A DNA stretch of 64,000 nucleotides from contig NIVC01001187.1 of assembly GCA_002269645.1 (NCBI GenBank), forward strand, positions 124,001-188,000. Direction: 5' to 3'. Made by a program: the position numbers and the translations under genes. This document shows, one piece after another, positions 1 through 17,198 of this stretch (position 1 is the stretch's first letter; the number at the start of each line of letters is the position of its first letter). The DNA is from Macrostomum lignano. Its lineage: Eukaryota. The notes beneath the pieces are model-generated. The model searched no databases, was not told where the DNA came from, and worked only from the letters and a program-made list of their open reading frames with translations.

Positions 1-61
1 TGGCCATTTTTCTCAATTATTTAGCTGTCTATAGGATCAGACGGCATGAATTCAAATTATA

Positions 62-88
62 CGAGGGGTGTCCCAAAAGTTCCCGGAA
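62..88 (+). mobile_element. Possible lone mariner-like terminal inverted repeat
   Basis: TA followed by CGAGGGGTGTCCCAAAAGTTCCCGGAA resembles mariner TIR starts (TA|CGAGGGG...AAAAGT). No partner TIR or transposase seen. Confidence 0.3.
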
Positions 89-638
89 TCTTTGCCCCAG
101 CTCCTCAGTACCTTGACCAATTTTTATGGTTTATGTGTCAAACTAAAGATAATTTTTCAACGAAAAAACTTGTCATTTGAATTTCCTTTCTATCTGGTTT
201 CGGTTAGGAGTTACACCAGGAAATGTGAAGGAATGTCAGTACCAGTGTTACACACCCAGAATGCTCAATCAGCGATTTTATGTAATTAAACTGCGTAGAA
301 ATAGATATTCATACAAACTAAGTAGCCATAGACTATTACTCAAATGTGCAGCACAAGACCGCCTAACTTATTAAGTCAGTAACATTTGAGTAATAGTCTA
401 TGGCTACTGTTGGGCTGCGCCCTTCCAAAAATCAGTTTTTTTGCAAAATTCAACTTTGAATTCGTCATAAAGATGTGGAAACGTCTATGGATGAAACCAG
501 TAAATTGCTGATTAGATCTAGTGGTGCCAGCGCTTGCTTCTTTTTCATGAAGGTTTTGCGTCTTTATGCCTTGAAATTGATTGTTCTATCTATCTTGGAT
601 TCTCTTACGATTTAACTGGCTGAAGCCTAGCTTTAGAA

Positions 639-1030
639 CAGGGGTCGGTGAACTTTTACCACAATTAAGACCAGATAAAGAGTCCAGACCATTGCTGCGG
701 GACAGATGAGAGTGGAAGGGGGTATAGCGGAGAGAGATGAAAAGGAGATGAGATGAGAGAAGAGTGGTGAACTTTGAGATAGATGCGATGGGAGAGAAGA
801 CAAGAGGAGAGAAGGAGAGGAGAGAGAGATCAGATAGGAGGAAAGAGGAGAGGGGATATACGTGGAGAGGAGAGATGAGAAACGAGGGAGAGGGGAAAAA
901 GAGAGGAGGGGAAAGAGAAGAGCTAAGAAGACACAAACTTTGAGCGGGCATTGCTATTGTAAAGTTTTAAAGGACCCGAGGGCCGGATAGAGAGGCTTTG
1001 CAGGCCGCATGTGGCCCGAGAATTGCCCGC
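639..1030 (+). mobile_element. Possible hAT-derived non-autonomous element with a purine-rich low-complexity interior
   Basis: Starts CAGGGGTCGG after CTTTAGAA (close to the NTCTAGAN hAT target). The GGCCGGAT...GGCCGCATGTGGCCCG block at ~980-1020 resembles hAT subterminal sequence. No intact right TIR. Confidence 0.35.
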
Positions 1031-1692
1031 AGACGAATTCCCACCGAGATTTGCCTGAGGAGACAACACCCGAATTTTATCATTTCAGCTGCTAAATATT
1101 AAAAGTAAAATAGACAGCGACAGATAATTTGTATTTTTACAATTGATTAAAATAGAGTTTATCAATTAAATAGTTCAACTTCATATTTTAAAGGTAATTA
1201 CATGCGCATAATTGTTATGATACAGACAATAAAAGATGCTAATACTCTGTGGTAAAATGTGCTAAATACCAGTAAATTAGAGTTACTGAGCAAAATTAAT
1301 GACTAAGGGGTCACATTACATTGCCTGTACACAAGCTGATCAAATGTAGCCACAATGCAATGCAAACCAGTCGTAACAGTATGTTATTACAAAGGGAATT
1401 TACCCAAAGAATATTAGCTTCTGTGCCCAACATTCAAAGGGCATGCGTGGGCTTTCAATCCGCATCTTTTTTGAAACAAAAAAGCAAATTCTTGTGCCCT
1501 CAAGACTCTGACATTTTTGGTACCAAAGACTGGTATCCCTAATAGGTACAGCTGCAATCTGCATATTCCAACAGCTTTGATTGCTGGCTATTTGAAAACT
1601 TGGCTGTAATGTGAGGAACAAAATATAAGACAAACTTCGTGTGAGTTGCTTCATTGCTTGAATCGGTGCATTCGGATACAGCAGAAAAATTT

Positions 1693-2391
1693 CTAGAGGG
1701 CCCGAGAGGACTGTCCATTGCTGCCGCAGCTCAAGCAGAAGCCGCTAGTGGAGCCGCAGCGACAGCGAGGACAACAGAAAGGCAGCCGGGCTGAGTGCAC
1801 CTTCTCCAAGTGGCTCATCAAGTTAATCTTCTGAACAAAGCCTTTATGGCACATTGAGCAGTGAAAGTCCTTAGCAACCAGGTGAATCTTTCTGTGTGTG
1901 TGCAGGTTGGCCTGCTGACTGAACTTCCGGCCGCAGAGGTCACAGAAGAACGGCTGCTCACCTGTGTGCACTCGCTCGTGGTCCAGTAGGTTGACTCTCT
2001 GGCTGAAGCGTCTGGAGCAGATGCAGCACTTAAAGGGCTTGACATGAGTCAGCCTGTGCTGCACCAGAGTGGCCTGGGTACGCAGCCTCTTGCCGCAGTC
2101 TGAGCATGCAAACTGCGGTGTGCCAGACTTGCCTAGCAGGCTGACTGCATCTTGGGAAGTTGAGCCACCTGCAACTGTTGGTGCCTTGGGAGTCTGGGTT
2201 TCAGGCTTCGATTCAGGTTCAGGCCTCTCTGACGGCTCAAGAGTCTGTGGTTCAGGCTTTAGTTTAGTGAGGCCAAGGCTGTGGTGACGCAGCAAGTGCT
2301 TCTTGTACCACCTGGGGCTGCTGAACTGATGGTTGCAGAATGGGCAGCTGGTCATTGGCAGTGGTAGGTCTGTTGACGTTTTCATGTACAC
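1693..2391 (-). CDS. C2H2 zinc-finger protein (five fingers); may have an upstream exon
   Basis: CPFC..HLLRHH, CSDC..HRLTH, CCIC..HERVH followed by a TGEQP linker, CDLC..HRKIH, CSMC..HLEKVH; degenerate sixth finger before the stop. Confidence 0.9.
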   Translation of the reverse strand: MYMKTSTDLPLPMTSCPFCNHQFSSPRWYKKHLLRHHSLGLTKLKPEPQTLEPSERPEPESKPETQTPKAPTVAGGSTSQDAVSLLGKSGTPQFACSDCGKRLRTQATLVQHRLTHVKPFKCCICSRRFSQRVNLLDHERVHTGEQPFFCDLCGRKFSQQANLHTHRKIHLVAKDFHCSMCHKGFVQKINLMSHLEKVHSARLPFCCPRCRCGSTSGFCLSCGSNGQSSRAL

Positions 2392-3210
2392 TAACTTATG
2401 GCAGCCTTGAAAAAAAAAACAAAGAAAAAGATTTTTTATATTTAGCAGAGCTTTGTTGGCTTAAAAAAATTGTTGCATATTTTATATAGTAATTAAATGA
2501 TAGGCCTAGCAAAAGTTTATTTTAATGTTAAGCAAAAAACAAAGATCAATGATAGTTTATATCATCAATTTTTACTGTTTATATATCTTATATTTTTTGT
2601 AAAAGAAATTGCTTATATTAAATTTAAACTATTGTTTTTTAAGCAATAGAAATATATTTAAGTAATTTTTTAAATAATTAAATAAATATTAAAGATTGCT
2701 CATCAAAATAATATTAATCTAGTTCAATATAAACTTATACCAACAATTGCTAATGTTAATTTTAATATACAAAAATGACCTACTTTGACATAGGCCTGGA
2801 ATAGCTGACTAAAGAACAATACAAATATATGCATTTGCATGTAAGTCTAAAGCAAGCTACCAATAAGGCATGGACCTAACTTATTTGTTGTTGCTATTGT
2901 TTTTATTATTAGCAAATCAAAACTTTCTTGTTTTATATACACTTAGCAACATTAAAAGTCACTATTATATGCTAATGATCTTCATTCCTCAACTTAAGTC
3001 TACTGCAGTGTAGCTAAGTTGTGTCACTTGCAAAGATTGAGAGACTTCATATGCATTCTCAAAAGTGGTGACCACAGATAGAATCTTTTATGATAGCAAA
3101 TTTGGTATGAACTAAATTGTAGAAATGGATGTGGATATCAGGATATGGAATGGATTTGTATACTAAAATGCAGATATAGATGCGGATTACTATTTTGTGG
3201 AATCACTATA

Positions 3211-3811
3211 GATATAAATAGCAGATGCAGAAAATCTCTAGATTTAGTTCTGTTATAACATGGATTTATATTCTGCTTTATTTCTGTTTCTATTTAGGTC
3301 CTATTTTCAGATAAATTGTTCTCATTTAAATTTATTATAAAATAATAATGGAAAATTAGTTTCTCTGTTTTTAAAAGTAAAGCTTCTCCAAGATACACTA
3401 CTGATAGTAGAAAATAAGAAATTTGATTAGGTCTGAAGTTATTTTTGTTGCTAGATATAAAAGAAAAATGTACATACATAACATGTCTACTTCTAGAGAC
3501 CAAAGTGTGTAAAGTTTAAGTTTGGATCCTAAATAGTTCAACTAGATAGTTCAAGTCTAGATTGACTAGTTTCTTGTTTTCATGTACCTGTGCCAATTCC
3601 ATAAAGTACATGTAAATCTCTTGAAGTTGATGATTTTCTCATCTTGATTTGTTTTTTGAAAATGGAGACAACAATTTTCCGTCATTATTCACAATAAATT
3701 TGAATGAAAAAAATTATCTAAAAATTAAATAAAAGTAGATATAAAGCAGAATAGAAATCAATGTTTTGACATAACTAAATCTAGAGATTTTCTGCATCTG
3801 CTATTTATATC
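3211..3811. mobile_element. AT-rich foldback/MITE-like element
   Basis: Perfect 39-bp inverted repeat (3211-3249 / 3773-3811), extending imperfectly ~45 bp inward; no coding capacity. Confidence 0.6.
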
Positions 3812-4101
3812 TGCATCAGTAGCGCAACCAGAAATTTTTCAAGGGGGGGCAGATTCTGAGGGTAAAGTCCCGGGAGGGGGGGGGCGGCGGAGGGGTGGCT
3901 CTGTTTTTGGCGAAAATTCGCTTGGTCCCCCCTTTGAAAAAGCATCAACTAAAAAACGATGCTTTAATATTAGTTTGCACCTTACGCTAGCTTAACGGGC
4001 TACACAATAACTAAGTCAAACATAAACGAAAAATCGGGTAGTATAGCTCACTTGGCTAGTAAAAGGAAAATGAATCCGAAAATCAACATTGTGTGAGTAA
4101 C

Positions 4102-4133
4102 GACGCATTTCGCACTCCTAGGTGCATCTTCAG
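4102..4133 (-). ncRNA. Minimal type-I hammerhead ribozyme (sense pLTR copy)
   Basis: Minus strand reads CTGAAGA-T-GCAC-CTAGGA-GTGC-GAAA-TGC-GTC. Confidence 0.75.
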
Positions 4134-4880
4134 GTTTATTTTTTCTCAACAACGAAATTAAACAGGTTTTGCGAATAAATATGTGAAGTTGGTTATAGGT
4201 AAACAAGAAAAATTGGAAAAATTATTGAACAAATCGATATTGGAGAACACATGAGTTAGTCCGTATGGCAGAGTGAAGTCCGGGGGTGGAAAGAATGTAC
4301 ACCCAGTACTCTCTCTCATCAAAAGACACGGAGTAGGTGACCCGCGCCACTATGTTGGAGTTGTGTGTTTAGGCTGGGTGACTGGGCTTTAATGTGCATG
4401 GCCTCAAGAATTCTAAGTTTGAAGTCCGACTGACATTGGTCAATGATTTTAAAGTGCTCGTTTGGGTTGCAGTTAGAGCAGCTACTACAGTGCAGTAAGT
4501 GATCTTGTATAGCAGACGGTTTGAGCCAGTGCTCCCTGGTTCTGGTGTGTAGGTGTCTTTTGGTTTTCCCCACGTAGGAGACGCTCTGGTCAACAGAGCA
4601 GTTGAATTGATAGACGACACCAGCACGCAGAGCACGGGGAACACGCGACTTTAACCGGCCAACGAAATCACCGACTTTGGCAGTCCAAAAAACAACTATG
4701 ATGTTGCAGTTAAGCGATTGGTGAAACAGTTTCTTGATTTTGCTTTTGAAGTGAAGAGAAGGATGTCCAAAGAAAGGAAGGACAAGAATGGGAATGTCAT
4801 CAAAAATGACCACAAAGACCCCATTCTTCACATATTTATTCGCAAAACCTGTTTAATTTCGTTGTTGAGAAAAAATAAAC

Positions 4881-4912
4881 CTGAAGATGCACCTAGGAGT
4901 GCGAAACGCGTC
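4881..4912 (+). ncRNA. Minimal type-I hammerhead ribozyme (inverted pLTR copy)
   Basis: CTGAAGA-T-GCAC-CTAGGA-GTGC-GAAA-CGC-GTC, with palindromic helix III (ACGCGT) typical of Penelope hammerheads. Confidence 0.8.
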
Positions 4913-7204
4913 GTTACTCACACAATGTTGATTTTCGGATTAATTTAGTAGTAATTTCGGATTCATAAACGAAAAAGCCTGTCAAAAAATGCGAAAGTAA
5001 AATACAGTAAAACAAATGACCCATTAGCCTAACTTTGCTCATACACGTTAAAACCACTTGATATTATACATTATGGCAGAAGATGTAAAAGTAAGCTTTA
5101 GCTATTGATTTTCGATTCTCAATGACGGGGGTAGGGGTCGAGTAGTTTTGGGTAGCTTTTTGGAGTAAAACACTACCAACAAAAATAAACGTGAATTTCA
5201 TCATAATCTTTCAGTTTTTCACCTAAAAAAATTCCACACTAGAAGCTGCATAGGTTAGGCGCATTTTCTGGACGATTTGAAGCGGGTAGACGCATAAAAT
5301 CATCGGGCAGCCTGTTACCCCATTTTTCGGGTAGTGTTTTACCCCTTGCCCAATTTAGTAGCATTTAGCTTAGCTTTGCTACGGGCTGCTGGGCAAAATA
5401 CAAATTTGGCAGAATGAAAAGTGAATACTATGCCATTTGGCATTGCGCACCCAGAAATTTCTTAAGGGAAATTAAGGGGGTTGCATGGGGCAGTCTGTTG
5501 TTTAGAATAAAAGCAAGATCTGGCTCGGAGTTTTTGTCCCCAGCTTCCCTCCCGAATGAAAAATTTTATTCTTCCCAAATTCCCGAATGGGGCGCGACAC
5601 ATGCCACGACCCGTTCCACATTCATGGTATAATAATTTGTGTCGTTTTAAGGTTTCAATGGTCATTTTGGGGGCTCTCAGAATCTGGATTATTTATTGAG
5701 TTTATGCCCCTTGACATGATCAGGGACAAAATGTTTTGCAAACTGGATGTATAGCGTTTTGAGTGAATGCAAAATATTAGTCATGTCCTGGAATCATATA
5801 GTATGGCCAAAAGTATCTTAAGAACTCGTTTCTTTGGCTGCACCAGCGGAGAAAAACGTTTTCAGTCAGACTGAACGTGCGATCACAGCTAAATTTATCA
5901 ACCGGAGGATATTTATACTTCTTATAAACCGTTGCTTTCGTGAGCAAATTTCTCGCTATCTAACTTTATAGACCCTTTTCATCTAGGCATCCTGAATTGC
6001 ACGTGCATTCCAATTCAAAGCCTCAAAGTCAATTTCATGAACTCCAGAAAAGTCCAATTTCATATATTATACCCTGTTGCGAACTCTACACATGCTATTA
6101 GAATGTGAAGCTCTCCTTTGCCCCCTGTGTTTGCGTTCTGCAAGATTGGATTACCAGATGTTGAGAGAAGGTTCAGCAAAAGAATCGTTTCAAGTCACCA
6201 TTGCGCTCTTAGATTGAAACCGTGGACAGTTCTCTGACCTCCGCGCACGTCAAGGGGGGCTGCTCCGCACTTGGATTGCTTGGATACTAAAAGAAAGCCT
6301 CGATTCGGTCAAATTTCTGTCTTCCAACCTCCGCCCTTGCGCTCAAAACTGCAAGTCTAAAGTAGCCGAAAACAATTTGAAAATTGATCAGCTACGCTGC
6401 CAGTGCTTGGGCTGAGCGATTGATTTTCTTCGCCGTTTCGTATTGGAGCAAAGTTGGAAACGCGGATCGAGTCCTCTCCGCCAGCAACTGTTGCTCTTCG
6501 TTGTTGGACTCGTGTTGGGGTTCTCCGACCCCCCCCCCCCCCCAACTCAGTCGTCTCCCAAATGCGGACGCCGCCCGAGTCCAGTCAGCTCAAAGCCCCA
6601 CCCTTTTGCATGAGTCGACCACGGGGTGAGGAATCGGAACTGGGAAGAGAGACCTGGGGAAACGGGGAGCCGCTGGCGTGCAGAATAAAACCCCCCAGAC
6701 TGACTCTTGCTTCCGCTAATTTCCTGTTCTGGCGCGGCCTGAACTGCTTTAGCTCTGACGGACTCGCAAGGTAAGCAAGCGGAAGCCCCGCCACTATCGC
6801 AAAATACATTGAAAATCACTGCAGATAGCCTGGTTGAGCTGCCGTGCCGCTGGCTCTCCCTGCCAACACTTTCGAGCAATTTTGCGTTGATTGCCTCGCC
6901 ACACAGAATGCAAATCATTCCCAGGCCTGAAAGGCGCTCTACTTGCTGAGTCTCCATATTAGCTGCACCATGCAGTCTGATTTCAGCAGCGGGCGTATCA
7001 AGGCCGTTCACGCGGAACAGTCCCTCAGACCACACTGCAGCTATAAACAGAGGCCCTTGCTCGATTGCACCTGCACTAACACCTCAGTGTATAAAACGCC
7101 TTCTGCTCGGCTACAACACCCTGCGCCTAGAAAAGCTACACTTCATTCGCTTCTCTTGCTCTTAACTTTAATTTGTAGAAACCGAGAAGTTCGCACCAAC
7201 TGAC

Positions 7205-9944
7205 ATGCCAATCTCTTCTGGCGCTGGCGGCAGAGGACGATTAGGCGGCCGCGACACCTCGCGACCATCGGCCTCGATTTCGTCGGCCCGGTCGACTCCC
7301 AACTTGGCGCAGCCAGTCGGCCAGTCGGGCCAGAGCCGCACGGGCAGGCGGATGATTGACGCTCCGCCCAGAGTGGAGACGCGAAGACAACTCGGCAGTC
7401 AGACTCTCTACGGCAGCCGGCCGCCTTGGGCAACGGACGAGGACGCACCGAGTCTGAAAAAGGAGCAGCAAACGCCTACGACTCCTCAACAGCCGCAACC
7501 GCCCTTCTATCCAGCGGGCGGGGAGCTGCTGCACGGCGAGGCTGCCCGAATGCGTCGACTAAAGGCGGCCCGGGAGCTGTACAAATCGCCGCACAGCCGG
7601 CGCAAGCACAACACCGGCAGCGTGGACGACTTGCTTCGAGACTGCGCCGTCTCCGACCACTCGCACTCGCCCAGTCCTTTGCGCAGAGCTCCTTCGGCTG
7701 CGTCCTCGACAAACGACCTGCAGGCTCAGCGAGAGCGCTCGACATCGAGGCCGGGACACAGAACCTGCAGCACTGGCGTCGGTACCTCGGACGGACCAAT
7801 TGGCGGCTCACCGACTCGCCGCCGACGAAGAAACGACAATTCCATCGAGTCTGACGACAGTCTGGAGGATGGTGACGATAGGAAGATGCGGGCTGGCGCG
7901 GCCAGCAGCGGCACCCGTCACTCCCGTCCGCATCAGAGCCGCATCAGCCGCGGGACGTCTCCGCCGCCACCACAAAAGCCGCTGTACGTGGACACCGGCT
8001 GCGACGCATCGGACTGGGGTGCCAGAAAGTCGCCTACGCGTCAAAACTTCGCTCGTACAAAAATGCCGCCCAGTCTGAAACCGGCTGCAGATCGCAAATA
8101 CGTGCCTCCTGCGCCTGTCCGTCATCCGAGCCCGTCAATAAAACGGCACGACTGCCTGCCGTCAGAAAACCCACCCTTCCGGGCTCGGCCAATGCCGGAC
8201 TTCCGGCGGGTCAGCCCGAGCCCCGGGCGCAACCGATCGCGCTCGCAGTCGCCAGTACGGCCAGCCGCGGTGGCACAGACTTCAAGCGCTACCACCTCCG
8301 GCTACCGCAGCGGCGGCGGGAGCAGCCCACCCAGGCGTCGCGATCAGCAGCCGGGACGGCGACGCAGCATGGACGAGGACTCGCTGACGGAAGCGAGCAG
8401 CACGGGCCCCGGGGACCGGTCGGTAACCACGGAAATTGTACAGCCCCGGCGGGCGCCCGATGACAGACGGTCGGCTGCAGCGGATGCCGTGGACAGCGGG
8501 TTCCGCAGTTTAGAACAGGTGAGTTCGCGACTTGCCGTAATTGCCGCCATTAAGTTTGCAGTGCCGCAACTCCTCGTAAGCAGTGGGACTTGTCAAATGT
8601 GTGACCCGTAGTTTAGAGAATTCGCAACTCTTATTGGTATACTGATCGTATCGTCATTAACTTCCGCCCCTGTTGCTTCTGGTGGCGCCGCCTCTTTGCA
8701 TGCAGCAATTAGATACATGTAGTGCCACGCTGTTGCATTCGCTTCTGAGCTCCCCTACCAGTTTTGCCAGGGACCCCAAATCGAGGGGCTCCTACCCGGC
8801 CTTGCAGGAACCCGCCATACAGCAGCGCGGCGGAGGCAGCGGGCGCAGCAGCCTCCTCCTGGTGCCAGAAAAAGTGTTCAAGGACCGCTCTGTAACGGAC
8901 ATTGACTTGGACGAGATTTTCGGTACAAGCGGACAGCCGCCGCAGCAGCAGCAGTGGCGGCAGCAGGCGGCGCCATCGCAATTCTACTCACAGTCTACTG
9001 AAGTCGGCGAAAATAACGGCGAGGTGAACGAGCGAATCCAGTACTGGCTGAAGCGGAACATTTACTTCCACGCCTGCGAGCCTGCCCCAGACTCGCAGCC
9101 GCAGCCGCAGCCGCAGCAGCCACGGTCCAAGTACGCGTCGAGCCCTCCAAGCTCGGAGACGCTTCGCTCCATGTCCGAGCACCGGCCGCAGCAGCCGCAG
9201 ATGGAGATAATCGTCCAGCGCACCGACGTTCACCAGTTGCCGCCAGCCAAATCCGGCGACGCGCCGAGGCACGTGTCGACCGTGGAGTATCCGGTGCGCA
9301 AGTTCCAGCAGCTGCCCTACGGATACCTGAGCCCATCTTCTTCCGAGGATGACGGCAGCTCAGGTGAGGAGGATGCGGGAGGCAGGCCGAGCGCCCCTGG
9401 GGCTGAGATCCTGCGCCAGGCGGTGGTGTACACGAGGTCCAGCGGCGCGGATTCCGGCTTCTGGTTCTCCGACGAGAACGGTGGCGCCCCGCGCAGCCTC
9501 GGCACGGCGTACAACGGGGTTCCGGCGCAGCCGGGCCAACAGCAACGGCCGGGCTCGGCGGCCTCCTCGTCCGGGGGCTCCTCGCGTGGCGGCGGCCGAG
9601 TCCGGGCTTTGGCCAGTCGCTTCAACCAGCAGCAGCCGGCGCTGTCCAATGGGGAGTACCTGTCTTCCTACCAGCAGCTGGTGACCCCGGGGCGCCCCCA
9701 GCCGCAGAGGAACGGCCCCGCAGCCGGTGGCAGCCGACAGTCGGGCGCTCCGATGGTTTCCTCGCAGCTGCGCCGGGCGACGCCGGGCCAGCCTCCGGCA
9801 CCTGCGTCGGCCGCCGCGGACTCCAAAACCTTCTACTTCGGCGACAGCGCTCTGGTGAGCAAGCGGGAGCAGCGGGAGCACTGGGCCAGCGACTATTTCA
9901 ACCGGCCCAAGATCGAGATCATCGACCGGTCCAGCGATCAGTAG
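7205..9944 (+). CDS. Ser/Arg/Pro-rich, largely disordered protein; two exons (7205-8518, 8808-9944), ~816 aa
   Basis: Two long GC-rich ORFs joined in phase 0 by CAG|GTGAGT (8519) and CCTTGCAG| (8807). Contains an FRARPMPDF motif; no globular domain recognised. Confidence 0.7.
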
Positions 9945-11509
9945 CGGCAAAGCTGGTGCGTGCTTGCTAGAGTTTTTACCTGTTGTCACAGACAGTCGAG
10001 TTTTTACAAGGTGGCAAGCTTGAAAATTGAAAGTTCAAGGCTGCCCGGACTGATCGATATTTGCTGCAGCACTTGCAAGGACTAACAGGGTATCTCCGTG
10101 GGCTACGCCCAGAAACCCTGAGCTCTTGAGCTCCCCTGGCTTCCCACTGCCCAGGCAGTTGCGAGTGCCACCACCTCTGCAGCAGCGCCACCATTGCCGC
10201 AACGCGCCCGCGGGAGACGGGCAGAGACAATAAACTTGAGTTTTTTGTGTAATGTGGCCTGGTTGTCGGCCTGTCTGCCTGGTCCGGGCCACAGCTGTGC
10301 ATTCCTTCTAGGGGCCGCTGACTCAGCAGGGCCGCAAGCAAGCGGGAAACAGAGGGGGGAGGGCAAGTCCTATGGGATCAGCTGAGGGCAACGCTGAATA
10401 TCCGGGCCACTGCCTATGGAGTTGACGATTAATATCGCGACACACATCGTCTTTTGAGAACTTGTACTTGTATTTGTATTGTGTGTTCCTCTAAACCTTG
10501 CCAGCTTCCGTTGTAAATTTTTCAGACGTTCAGCCCGATGAAGATTGCGCAGCTTCAATATCTGCTTCTGGGCTTGGGAGCGACTCCCATCCCCTCCAGA
10601 GCTGACACAGGTGTTTGGTTTCCCCAGTTACGCGTAATCAGAGTGGCCAATTCTGATGATTATCATTAATTAGCAAAACCTCACGGCTCCCTGCTTAACC
10701 AAGCTCGATGATGCGCTGCGCGCCCGCTATTAGTAGCATGCTATGATTTTTACTTGATAATTATGTACAATTATAAAAAATATTCAAGTCGCTTATTGAC
10801 TAGCTAATTTTGAGTAATTTTCTATACTTTTTTAGCTCAATTATCAAATGTTTTCTTTACAGCATAATTGCATGAAAACTGACGCGAAACAGCTGATTCA
10901 GCTCGCGTCATACTACTGTCAGTAGCAGGAGTTTGCTCAGGGAACGCGGGGACATGAAAGCGACAATCCCCCCAAAAAGGCCCAGACAGAGCAGCCCCAG
11001 GCCAGTTTGTTTCCAAGAAACGGCTCGGCAAGGACAGGTGGAGTATTTCTTGGAAAGGGGCTGGTCCGGTTCATTGTGGAGGGGGTGTCGCTTTCACTGT
11101 CTCCCGTACTCCCTAAGCTTGCTATTCATGGCAATTTTGAGTGAAACTCCCTCATCTTCTCCTTTCTCTTTCCCATCGCTTTGTTTTCCTGAAGCAGATT
11201 TTTTTACTCGCATTGGGTTTTTGAGCTTTACTCACGTTTCCTTACCTGCTCCGATGATCTCCTTTGAGAACGGGCCTAATTGATTTGCCCTACAAACTGT
11301 TCCCGAGTAGTTGCGGCACTGCGAACTGTTATTTAAGATGTAATATACCGATTAATGAAGCACACGTAACGTTACAGCCAAAATTTTTCTTAAACTTTGT
11401 TAATATTGTTAAAATAGTGATTATTTTAAATTTTAATATAGCGAGAATGAAAGCGGTGCTGAAATACGCTCGTGAAGTCGCGCACGAGCACTTGGTTTTT
11501 GAATTTTTG

Positions 11510-12135
11510 GGATGATTTTGAGGATGAGGGAAGATTGGGGGATGACTCAGGGATGATTGGGGGATGACTCAGGGATGATTGGGGGATGACTGAGTGATGA
11601 TTGGAGGATGAGGGATGATTAGGGGATGACTCAGGGATGATTGGGGGATGACTCAGCGATGATTGGGGGATGACTCAGGGATGATTGGAGGATGACTCAA
11701 GGATGATTGGGGGATGACTCAGGGCTGATTGGAGGATGACTGAGGGATGATTGGGGGATGACTCAGGGATGATTGGGGGATGACTCAGGGATGATTGGGG
11801 GATGACTCAAGGATGATTGAGGGATGACTCAGGGCTGATTGGAGGATGACTCAGGGATGATTGGGGGATGACTCAAGGATGATTGAGGGATGACTCAGGG
11901 ATGATTGGGGGATGACTCAAGGATGATTGGGGGATGACTCAGGGCTGATTGGAGGATGACTCAGGGATGATTGGGGGATGACTCAGGGATGATTGGGGGA
12001 TGACTCAGGGATGATTGGGGGATGACTCAGGGATGATTGGGGGATGACTCAGGGATGATTCGGGGATGACTCAGGGATGATTGGAGGATGACTGAAGGAT
12101 GATTGGGGAATGACTGAGGAATGATTGGAGGGTGA
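11510..12135. repeat. 22-bp G-rich minisatellite (GGGATGATTGGGGGATGACTCA)n, ~28 copies
   Basis: Period read directly from the sequence. Confidence 0.95.
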
Positions 12136-12520
12136 CTGTGGGATGATTTAGAGAATAACTGAGAGGCATGACAGGGGAATTACAACACCCTAAGTCTCCA
12201 AGGTCTACAGCAGACATGCAGGTGACCAAACACTTGACCGAGACGCTCAGCCTGAATATGAAATTTGTATTCTTAAGAACCGGCTCTGCCAGATCGCTGT
12301 GGAGAATAAAAAATTATTGGCATCCGTAAAAGCCAAGACTTTACTGACTGCTAACAGTAGACATGACAGTTTTGCACTGTTAATGAATTCTTCACACTTT
12401 GGCTTTGCTTACTCGGCACAATTAGCAGTCACTCCAAGAGTAAGAGTGGGCTCGAACCCATGACTTCAGGATATCAAAAACATCACGGGGAAAAAACTAA
12501 GTTCACATCGATCAGCCCAG

Positions 12521-17198
<4,678 letters not shown>

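Larger units (their letters stand above)
4073..4941 (-). mobile_element. 5'-truncated Penelope-like retroelement: GIY-YIG endonuclease region between inverted pseudo-LTR copies
   Basis: ORF 4319-4831 contains GVVYQFNC..SYVGKTKRHLHTRTREH..FKII..LRILEAMHIKAQSPSLNTQ. A 116-bp inverted repeat lies at 4073-4188 / 4826-4941. A 13-bp direct repeat CATAAACGAAAAA at 4021 and 4964 is a possible TSD. Confidence 0.9.

Noticed and set aside
3817-3900. CAGTAGCGCAACCAG hAT-like end
   Set aside because: No partner TIR or TSD found in the window.
4790-4831. Start codon of the 170-aa Penelope ORF
   Set aside because: Lies at the inverted pLTR junction; the element is 5'-truncated with no RT.
5128-5350. Short inverted motif GTAAAACACTACC / GGTAGTGTTTTAC
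   Set aside because: 13-bp match only; insufficient to call a MITE.
10528-10556. CGATGAAGATTGCGCAGC resembling the 5.8S rRNA motif
   Set aside because: Short inexact match with no rRNA context.
12425-12470. tRNA T-arm-like GGTTCGAGCCC on the minus strand (also A/B-box-like 61275-61315)
   Set aside because: No cloverleaf; at most SINE or tRNA remnants.
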